From positions 113,957 to 177,956 of the forward strand of contig NZ_MVDN01000003.1 in NCBI RefSeq assembly GCF_002006795.1: 64,000 bases of DNA. The letters run 5' to 3'. The stretch comes from Wohlfahrtiimonas populi (lineage in GTDB: Bacteria > Pseudomonadota > Gammaproteobacteria > Cardiobacteriales > Wohlfahrtiimonadaceae). The notes under the pieces were generated by a model. The model made no database searches. It saw only the letters and a list, made by a program, of their open reading frames with translations, and was not told the origin of the DNA. Made by a program: the position numbers and the translations under genes. Of this stretch, positions 19,570 to 28,500 are shown piece by piece (position 1 is the first letter of the stretch; each line of letters begins with the position of its first letter).

Positions 19570-21689
19570 TGTCGAAAACAATGAGGACGCAAAGCAAGTA
19601 TTTTACAAGCCTAAACATCCCCGTGTTCGTAGGCGCCAATATACTAATATTAGCTCTTTTATGCATTACAATTTTTGTCCCGAATACAAAAGACTTTTTC
19701 AGCGCGATTCAAACGTGGATCGTTGATAACCTTAAATGGTATTACATATTATCCGTCGCCATCATATTAGGCGCAGCTATATTCATTACATTCAGTCGCT
19801 TTGGTGACATTCGATTAGGGCCAGATCATTCCCGCCCAACTTATACAAATTTCAGCTGGTTCGCCATGCTTTTCTCCACAGGAATGGGGATAGGCTTAAT
19901 GTTCTTTGGTGTTGCAGAGCCAGTAATGCACTATATCGCACCGCCAGTAGGTGAACCTGAAACCGTTAAAGCTGCAACAGAAGCGATGCGCTTAACCTTC
20001 TTCCATTGGGGATTACATGCTTGGGCAATCTATGCGATTGTTGGCTTAATCTTAGCGTATTTCTGCTTCCGCCATAAATTACCTTTAGCATTACGTTCTG
20101 CGCTTTATCCATTAATTGGTGAACGCATTTACGGTAAAATTGGTGATGCCATTGATATCTTTGCTGTTATCGGTACAGCATTTGGTGTGGCAACATCTTT
20201 AGGTTTTGGTGTAGAACAAATTTTTGCAGGTTTAGACTATTTAACAAGTTATAAATTATCTGCTTATGCACAAGATCCTAATGCTTTATTGTCTGTCACT
20301 GGCATTAAAATCGTCATCGTGATCATTGCAACAGCAGGTGCAACTTTATCTGTGAGTTTAGGTTTAGATAAAGGGATTAAAATCCTCTCTGAAACCAACC
20401 TATATATGGCATTAGCATTGATGTTATTGGTGCTATTTTTAGGTGGTAAAACTGTGATGTTGTTCCAAGCATACATTCAAAACATTGGTAGCTACTTATC
20501 TGATTTAGTGAACAAAACATTTAACTTATATGCTTACGAGCCAAAAGATCCTCGCGATTGGATCGGTGGTTGGACGATTCTTTATTGGGGCTGGTGGTTA
20601 TCATGGTCGCCATTTGTGGGCATGTTCATCGCTCGTATTTCTCGTGGTCGTACAATCCGCACATTCTTATTGGGCGTATTATTAGTGCCAGCAGGCTTCA
20701 CATTACTGTGGATGACTGTGTTTGGTAACTCAGCGATCGATATGATTCGTAATGATGGCGTGATTGCAATCACTGATGCGATTAATACCGATAAATCATT
20801 AGCGTTATTCGTATTCTTGGAAGGATTCCCTTGGGCTTCCGTATTATCAGGCTTAAGCATCGTGATGGTATTTGTATTCTTCATTACAAGTGCCGATTCT
20901 GGTGCAATCGTAATGGATATGCTCTCTTCCACTAAAACACAAACACCACTATGGCAACGTGTTTATTGGGGATCAATCACAGGCGTGATTGCCATTGTGT
21001 TGATGTCCGCCAATGGTTTGGAAGCACTACAAACTGCGACCATTGCCTCCGCATTCCCATTCAGTATTATTTTATTGATCTCACTGTATGGGTTATTTAA
21101 AGCTTTGCGCGTGGATTATGGTAAAAAAGAAATTCGCATAAATTCCATCAATAATGTACAAACAAGCGCAGCATCTGGCGGTTGGCAGAAACGTTTACGT
21201 AGTTTAGTGCTCTATCCACGCCGTGATCATGTGATTCGCTTTATTGAAGAAGTGGTTCAACCTGCTTTTGAAGAAGTTGCTGCTGAATTATCAAAGCAAG
21301 GCATTCAAACAACCATTACCAAAAAAAGCGATGATGATATTCTCTTTGAAGTGGAACATGGTAAAAATGATAACTTTATGTATCGTATTAAAGCTCGTCA
21401 TTATTTGAAACCTAACTTCTCTTCCATTGAGGCATCGGACATTGATCCTGATTATCAGAAGTATTTCCGTGCGGAAGTGCATTTGGATAATGGTGCGCAA
21501 GGCTATGACATTATGGGCTACAGCAAAGAAAGCCTAAGCAATGACATTGTGGATCAATACACAAATCATTTACAATTCATTCATAACTTCCAATTGGAAC
21601 ATGATGTTAAATCTGTTTTGAAAGAAATTAACAATGGCAATGATACCAATGGAAACAGTGAAACAACAGAAGAACCTAGCAAAGCGTAA
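19570..21689 (+). CDS. betT: BCCT-family transporter (BetT-like choline/betaine transporter) with ~190-aa cytoplasmic C-terminal extension
   Basis: Carries the BCCT signature region (WTILYWGWWLSWSPFVGMFIARISRGRTIR) and 12 TM segments. A long hydrophilic C-terminal tail is typical of osmoregulated BetT/BetP. An AAGGA RBS precedes the ATG at 19570. Confidence 0.8.
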
Positions 21690-21710
21690 TTAGCTCAATA
21701 TTCTTCTAAC

Positions 21711-21750
21711 AAAAAGCCCAAATAGAAAACTATTTGGGCTTTTTTATATT
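21711..21750. terminator. rho-independent terminator (AGCCCAAATA-gaaaac-TATTTGGGCT + T6)
   Basis: Perfect 10-bp stem with a T-run. It lies between the convergent betT-like gene and the lipase gene. Confidence 0.6.
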
Positions 21751-22029
21751 TCAAAATTCATCATAAGTTTTTTCAAACTGTCACATAAAATAGTTCAACT
21801 TCTCTTATCTCATGGAAAATATTATAAATATACCTACTTATTTTATAGCTAATACCACGGAGCATCCCATGAAATTAAAATCATTATTTATGACAGGCAT
21901 TTTATCATCAGCAATGTTTGTATATTCTTAAGATCAAATTTAAAACCCTAAATAACGTTTTATTAAAACTTTTGCACTATAGGATTCATCACAAAACCTT
22001 TATTATAAGCTCTGCAAAGCTGCTTACAA

Positions 22030-23448
22030 CTAGGATATTTCTCTTCCTTGACCCTGCTCTTGGCTTCTACTTTGGGATAGGCTTTGTGTTCTTGCAGTTT
22101 CTTCTAATGCTACTAAATTTTGCTTAGAAAAATCTTCAATCACACCAACTTCTTCAAGTTTTCCTTTATCTCTACAGAAAACCTTTAATCCATCATCCTC
22201 ATTAAATTTTCCTAGCAGGTCATTAGTGCTATTAGCATAATGATCAAAACAACCTACTTTGCAAAAATCCATTGCATATGATTTGCCTGCAATCAACATT
22301 ACAGGATTGCCATTCGCATTATTCTCTATGCTGATATCCGGCCTATTAGCGGATAGATTAATTTGGTTTTCATTATTAGATGATTGACTTTGTTCTAATT
22401 CTTGTTGTTTAGCTTCTTCAAACTGCTTTTTAAAGTTTTCAGTTTCACTGAATAGGTATTGAACACTATCTATCTTATCTTGGTGTTGATCTATTTTATC
22501 TTCAAGGTAATTTTGCCAATCCTCTGGTAGCTTACCTTTGATCTGTTCTCCATTTTCAGAAAAAAATGTGATTAATTCCGTTTCTACTGTTCTTACATTT
22601 TCTAAAACAGATTCTCTATTAATTTGGATATCTCTTCTAAATTCGTTCACTAAAGTTAAATTTTCACCTGTTAGATTTGCAGCAAGTGGATCATTCAATA
22701 TAGATAGGTGCTTATTGTCATTCAGATCATTGACGAAATTACTCATGCTATGAACGCCGCCATAAGTAAAAGCCGCTACACCTAGCCACATTTCATTATT
22801 ATCGACATCTTTATCGCCATACTTTAAGGTTTTTAGTAGGATTAATTCATCTTCGCGCGCATATAAAATTTCTTTACCTATGTGATGGTTAGCAATATTC
22901 ACAACATCATTTGCCATCATGTGATTAGTGATATCACCATGGTATTCTCTAGGGACAGTTTTATATTCACCTTGTAAATTTTGATATTTCAAACCCACAG
23001 AGCCATAACCATTGAAAGTCATGGCTTTTAGCCCATATTCATAAGCACAAACCTCAGCAAGTGCACCACCTAAAGAGTGACCAGTGATGCTGACTTGAGG
23101 GATTGGTACATTGTTATCTTTAGCATAATCTTTAGAATATTGAAGAGCTCTTTCAGTTAATGCTAGAGCATGAGGAATCTGGAGATTAACATCTTGGGTT
23201 GCCATCAAATAATCCACTACCCCATCTTCCATAGAAGCTGTACCACGATGAGCTACAAAAATTTCACCAGTATTAATATCCTGATATATAGTGCCTTGGT
23301 AATCAGTCTTTTCGTCAGAATATTGTTCTATAACTTTAAATTTACCCAATTGAACTTGGTAAGTTTCATCAGTGTCTATATATTTTGGATCGATATCATT
23401 GTAAGCATCATCGGCTAAATTTGCATATTTTTGAGGAAAGTCTGACAT
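22030..23448 (-). CDS. class-3 (fungal-type) lipase-domain protein without signal peptide; candidate secreted phospholipase/lipase effector
   Basis: 472 aa with the GHSLGGALAE nucleophile elbow inside a lipase_3-like N-terminal half. There is no Sec or Tat signal. The C-terminal ~200 aa are low-complexity (S/Q/N/E-rich). Confidence 0.65.
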   Translation of the reverse strand: MSDFPQKYANLADDAYNDIDPKYIDTDETYQVQLGKFKVIEQYSDEKTDYQGTIYQDINTGEIFVAHRGTASMEDGVVDYLMATQDVNLQIPHALALTERALQYSKDYAKDNNVPIPQVSITGHSLGGALAEVCAYEYGLKAMTFNGYGSVGLKYQNLQGEYKTVPREYHGDITNHMMANDVVNIANHHIGKEILYAREDELILLKTLKYGDKDVDNNEMWLGVAAFTYGGVHSMSNFVNDLNDNKHLSILNDPLAANLTGENLTLVNEFRRDIQINRESVLENVRTVETELITFFSENGEQIKGKLPEDWQNYLEDKIDQHQDKIDSVQYLFSETENFKKQFEEAKQQELEQSQSSNNENQINLSANRPDISIENNANGNPVMLIAGKSYAMDFCKVGCFDHYANSTNDLLGKFNEDDGLKVFCRDKGKLEEVGVIEDFSKQNLVALEETARTQSLSQSRSQEQGQGREIS

Positions 23449-24065
23449 CTCTAAATCTCCTCTAACTCAATATGAAATGTGAAATATTCTTCAGGCTGAA
23501 AAGCATCCTTTTTTATGCCACTACTTAAATAATTAGATAAATTTTTATTTTCTGGATATCTCTCTTTTAAATGACTTTTTTCAAAATATTTTTTATCTAA
23601 ATCACTGTCTGAAATGGAAGCACTGAATCGGGTTTCTTCTTTTGCGCCTGTGGCTTTAAAAACGATTGAAGCATTGTTAAACCCCCAATGGCAAACACCC
23701 CCACCATAGCCATAATCCTCATCCAACATACCATCTACATAAAATTCCCCTTGATACTCAGTATCTGATATTTTCTGAAATTCAAGTGGAATTCTGTGTC
23801 GTGGCTGTAAAGAAGCCCCAGCAAAGCCCTTGAGTTGGTACTGACAATTAGTCGTTTGATAAATAGCATACGTATTTAAACTTTCGAGTTTTCCTGGTGC
23901 ATTTTCAATTTTGATGGTGACTCGATACCCTTTTTGAGGATTGGGGTTTTCCTGAAAACGTTTTTCTTCTTCTTTTTGGGTTGAAGTATATCTTTGATTG
24001 TTATTCATAAATCCTTTTCCATAGCTCACGCTGATTAAAAATACAATTGGCAAAATCCATAGTTT
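23421..24065. repeat. tandem direct repeat copy A (~645 bp) spanning the lipase start and paralog-1 gene
   Basis: This segment re-occurs at +765 bp (24186..24830). Identity is high at both ends and diverged in the middle. Confidence 0.7.
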
Positions 24066-24074
24066 GGTCCACAT
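23451..24074 (-). CDS. secreted protein, paralog 1 (putative lipase immunity protein)
   Basis: 207 aa with the signal peptide MWTKLWILPIVFLISVSYG. Its stop is 2 bp from the lipase start. It is a paralog of ORF 24216..24842 (N-terminal ~75 aa nearly identical, then ~60-70% identity). Confidence 0.4.
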   Translation of the reverse strand: MWTKLWILPIVFLISVSYGKGFMNNNQRYTSTQKEEEKRFQENPNPQKGYRVTIKIENAPGKLESLNTYAIYQTTNCQYQLKGFAGASLQPRHRIPLEFQKISDTEYQGEFYVDGMLDEDYGYGGGVCHWGFNNASIVFKATGAKEETRFSASISDSDLDKKYFEKSHLKERYPENKNLSNYLSSGIKKDAFQPEEYFTFHIELEEI

Positions 24075-24150
24075 ATTGATTATCCTTTTGGGTAACTGCT
24101 TAAGTTATTTTATTTCTAAATACTTTTTCTTAATTCAATGATTGATTCAA

Positions 24151-24213
24151 TTAAGAAAAAATATTATGAATATTGTTTGCTAAGTTAGTATATTTTTGAG
24201 GAAAGTCTGACAT
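24151..24213 (-). pseudogene. orphan 5' fragment of a second lipase copy (MSDFPQKYTNLANNIHNIFS*), remnant of effector gene duplication
   Basis: The reverse strand reads ATGTCAGACTTTCCTCAAAAATAT..., nearly identical to the first 8 codons of the intact lipase (MSDFPQKY). It then diverges and terminates after 20 codons. Confidence 0.55.
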
Positions 24214-24830
24214 CTCTAAATCTCCTCTAATTCAATATAAAATGTGAAATATTCTTCAGGTTTAAATCTTTCTTTTTTAAGCCCTCCTTGGCTTAAGTAT
24301 CTTGGGAGTTTTTCATCTATAGGGTAATTCTCTTTCAAATGGTTAAACTCAAGTTGTTTTTTATTCAGATCGCTATCTGAAATAGATGCGCTAAATCTTG
24401 TATCATCTACATTTTCTGTTGCGGAAAATACAATTGAAACATTGTTAAAACCCCAATGGCAAATACCTCCGCCATAGCCATAATCTTCATCCAACATACC
24501 ATCTACATAAAATTCCCCTTGGTACTCAGTGTCTGATATTTTTTTAAATTCAAGTGGAATTCTATGATAGGGTTGTAAAGAAGCCCCAGCAAAACCTTTG
24601 AGTTGGTACTGACAATTTCGTGTTTGATAGTTAGCATAGGTGTACAGCTTCTCAAATTCACCCGGTGCATTTTCAATTTTGATGGTAACTCGGTACCCTT
24701 TTTGGGGATTGGGGTTTTCCTGAAAACGCTTTTCTTCTTCTTTTTGGGTTGAAGTATATCTTTGATTGTTATTCATAAATCCTTTTCCATAGCTCACGCT
24801 GATTAAAAATGCAATTGGCAAAATCCATAG
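24186..24830. repeat. tandem direct repeat copy B (~645 bp) spanning the orphan lipase 5' fragment and paralog-2 gene
   Basis: Same as copy A. For example, TATTTTTGAGGAAAGTCTGACATCTCTAAATCTCCTCTAA is shared at both locations. Confidence 0.7.
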
Positions 24831-24842
24831 TTTTGGCTTCAT
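24216..24842 (-). CDS. secreted protein, paralog 2 (putative lipase immunity protein)
   Basis: Signal peptide MKPKLWILPIAFLISVSYG (start taken at an internal Met). It is paralogous to 23451..24074, including the conserved Cys/Trp block GYGGG(V/I)CHWGFNN. Confidence 0.4.
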   Translation of the reverse strand: MKPKLWILPIAFLISVSYGKGFMNNNQRYTSTQKEEEKRFQENPNPQKGYRVTIKIENAPGEFEKLYTYANYQTRNCQYQLKGFAGASLQPYHRIPLEFKKISDTEYQGEFYVDGMLDEDYGYGGGICHWGFNNVSIVFSATENVDDTRFSASISDSDLNKKQLEFNHLKENYPIDEKLPRYLSQGGLKKERFKPEEYFTFYIELEEI

Positions 24843-24918
24843 TTTCCATCCTTTATGTATAACTTTGTAAAAAATCATATTTATAAATATGATTTTTTAC
24901 TATTTCTATAATCGATAC

Positions 24919-25440
24919 TTACAATTCATTGATAGCTTTGAATCTTTCAACCCTTTGCTTCTCAAGGGATTCGAACCATTCTGTAGATGGCTTTTTATAA
25001 ATTCGTTCAGAAAATACATAATACGTAAGATGTCCATTTTTTACCATAAAACGATACATTGCATATTCTGTAATATTTCCACTCGTTATTAATTTTTCTA
25101 AATAGTATTCATTCTTTTTTTCATCTTTAGTCGCGGCTATTGTTGTTGACAATATAGGTTCCTTAGTATTTTGAGCTAGGTAGCTTAGATACCCATCCAT
25201 TTTATCCACAGTGATCGTTTTTTGTTCCCAGTATGAAACCATGCTTTTGAAACTATTTAAGTCCTCTCCTTTGGGTAAAAACTCCACGACATTTACTTTT
25301 GCATCACTATTTTCATATGCTTGAGAATATTCAACACCTGCAAAATCAATCTTGTCAATTGTCTTATTCTCAGCAACTGAGATGTATACTAATTCTAAAA
25401 AAATTAAAAATATCAATACTATTTTTTTTATATCTTTCAT
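24919..25440 (-). CDS. hypothetical secreted protein (signal peptide; unrelated to the paralog pair)
   Basis: MKDIKKIVLIFLIFLELVYISVA is a signal peptide. The gene lies 36 bp downstream of the giant ATPase gene on the same strand. Confidence 0.35.
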   Translation of the reverse strand: MKDIKKIVLIFLIFLELVYISVAENKTIDKIDFAGVEYSQAYENSDAKVNVVEFLPKGEDLNSFKSMVSYWEQKTITVDKMDGYLSYLAQNTKEPILSTTIAATKDEKKNEYYLEKLITSGNITEYAMYRFMVKNGHLTYYVFSERIYKKPSTEWFESLEKQRVERFKAINEL

Positions 25441-25524
25441 GTTTATTATTTCCATAAAATTTAAAAACTGAGTGGATAAGATGACCACTCAGCAGGGTTA
25501 ACTTAATTTGTACCCGAGCACAAT

Positions 25525-28500
25525 TTACTCAGTCACAATTCTATTTTCTTTAATCAATCGTATTTCTCGGCGGCCGCCCAAAGCTTCAACGCCTTTCACA
25601 AGTGCATCTAAGCGATGAACAATATACTGTGGATTATTCATCTGCATTGTATCTTTCAAGCTATTCACGCCTTTAACCAATTCACCCATTTGTTTCGCCA
25701 CATAACGATTCACATTTTGCAAATCATCGCTTTCTTTAAATTCATCGAGCTTTTCACTCAATTTCGCGATTTGTGCCGCAATATGTAATGAAGCCTGAGC
25801 ATTGGTCTTGCTATTGTTACTGGAAACTAAAACGCCTGATAATTTAGTCACTTCATCTGCAATTTTCAAACTCGCATTCGTTGCATCTTGCTGATCGCCC
25901 ATTAATCGAAGGCTTTCAGTTAATGACACTAAGTGATTCGCAAAATTCAGATCTTTCACGCTCATCGCCAATTCTGCTAATTGAGATACGATCTTCATAC
26001 CTGTATCAGTTTCATCGCCACCCATGGATTTATTACGAGCAAAATCTCGTTTGATTTGTGCCCAGCGCTCTTTTTCTACATCTGTTAATGTGCCACGAAT
26101 TTCATTGAGTTTTAATAAATTCTCTTCAGCACCCGATGTTAATAGCTGAGCTTCACCAATGTAGTGATCATTAATTACTTGGTTAATTTCTGCCTCATTC
26201 ATTACTGCAGAAATTTTCTCCACCATTTTATTCATATTACGGTAGCTGCCTTGCAACTTAAATGGCGGTTCTGTGCGATATTTATCAGATTGTGCTGCAC
26301 TCACAATGTATTGCTGATTCACCTTGAAAACGATTTCGCGAATGATCATCAAATGCTTCAATACAGTTGTGATTTCTGCAATCTCCGCACCACTATAATC
26401 ATAACTCAATGCACTTGAATTAATCGGCTTGCCTTCTGCATGATCCATGAATTGATATAAATCTTTCAAATCACGAAGTGCCAAAGGTGACAATACTGCG
26501 TTCGATGTTAATGAGTTTTCGATATAACTTGAGATGAACGCATCCTGCATCCCACCCAAAACTTCACCTAAGTTATAAATATCCGCACGGTTTGCCAACA
26601 TATCAGGAATTTTAAAGACTTCACCCGATTCTGTATAAGGATTCCCTGCCATCACAACGCAGAATTTCTTCCCACGCATGTCATAAGTTTTTGTTTTGCC
26701 ATTCCAAACACCTTCAATTCTTCGTGTACCATCACACAATGAAATGAACTTTTGTAGGAATTCAGGATTTGTATGTTGAATATCATCAATATACAACATC
26801 ACATTGTTGCCCATTTCAAAAGCTAAGTTAGCTTTTTCTAGCTCCTGCCTTGCTGTAGCATTCGGTGCTTGATCAGGATCTAATGATAAAACATCATGCC
26901 CCAAAGCTGGACCATTCACTTTCATGAAAATTAAGCCCAAGCGATTCGCCACATATTCCATCAATGTGGTTTTACCATAACCTGGCGGAGAAATGAGGAG
27001 CAATAAACCCATTAAGTCTGTACGGCGATTTTCGCCCACTGTACCCATTTGCTTCGCTAAGTTATCACCAATGATTGTGAAATAAACATCATTGATCAAT
27101 TTATTGCGCACGAATGAGCTAAGCGGCTTTGCCTTAAATTCATCTAAACGTAATTTCTCACGCTGCTCTGCCAAAATTCCTTGACGAAGCTCTAAATATT
27201 TTCTAAATTCAGGCACAACATATAAACGATGGCGGCGTAATCGCTTAAAAAACTCATCCAAGTTAATCATCATTTTACCTTGAGAAACTCTAGAATGTTC
27301 GCCCAATAAATCTGTGATCTCAATGTCTAATTCAACTTCACTGAAACGCTGAACTACTTTACCTTCATTACCCAACATCAATAACATAATCGCCTCAGGA
27401 ATGTAACGAACCTTATTCTCAAATTCAGGTAATGAGCATAAGCCTTTCAACCAATTCTCAATCAACTGCCAACGTGCATCAAATCGCCCATTCATACCTA
27501 ACTGTGAATGGTTAAAGTTGTGCCACATATGTGCATCTTCAAGTTTCTTTTGCAATCCCGACGCTAGCTCTCGGCCATAACGGCTACAGAAGAATTCTTG
27601 TGGCGTTCTTGCTAGAACATAAATCAAGTATTCTGCTGCATGCTTAATGTTCAATGGTTCGTGCTTGATTGGATATTCCGCATAGAACATTGATAATGTT
27701 ACTTCAATCTCTTCTTGAAGATCATCTAAGCCATCTTTATGCCCAAACAAAGTATAAATATCCATACTCGTTTTAGCGCGATCAATCCAAGAGCTTGCCA
27801 CATCATCCTCTTGCTCAAAGTTCCAATACAACATGGCTAAGCTTCTCGCCATTGCGCTGAATCTTAATAGATCAGCACTTTCATGCAATGGGACAAGCTG
27901 CTTTAAGATCTGTACTGCATCGTGATCATGAATCCCTTTTTCATAACCATCACGATAGCGACTTGCTGCAAAATCACGCACCAATTTATCTAAATTTTCT
28001 TGAATGGAAATCGCTGCATGCAAAATGCCTGTGGTTAAGCCATCTTGATTATTTCTAGCCGCCACAATGATGCTATTGGCAAGATATTCACCACGATAAA
28101 CTTCTGACGATTCTGATTCCATCGTCATGTTCCAGAATGGCTGATATTGCGCTAGGATTTCGTTATTGATGCGCTCTTGATAATCTGTGCCCGTTAATTG
28201 TAAATAGAGATAATTTTCTTTCGGTAAAATCGTCAAATCAGGTTCTTGTGTATTTACGCTGAAGCGATGTTTACCCAAGCGAATAACATTGCCGCCTGAT
28301 TCAAAAATCTCTGATTTATCTCGGAGTGATCTGACTGCTTGATCTTTTGCACTTTTGAAGCGCGATTCAATGTCATCCGCTTTAACATTATCATGCAATT
28401 CACGGAGTTTTTCTGTGATGTCACGAATTTTCACAGCTAAAGCATCTGTTACGAAAAACGCATTCAATTCGGTTGCATCATTGAGCCGTGCCGTTCTTCT

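Noticed and set aside
19469-19726. 85-aa ORF overlapping the betT-like start in another frame
   Set aside because: It overlaps the 5' end of a strongly supported transporter gene, and a plausible promoter (TATAAT at ~19418) and RBS serve the BCCT gene instead.
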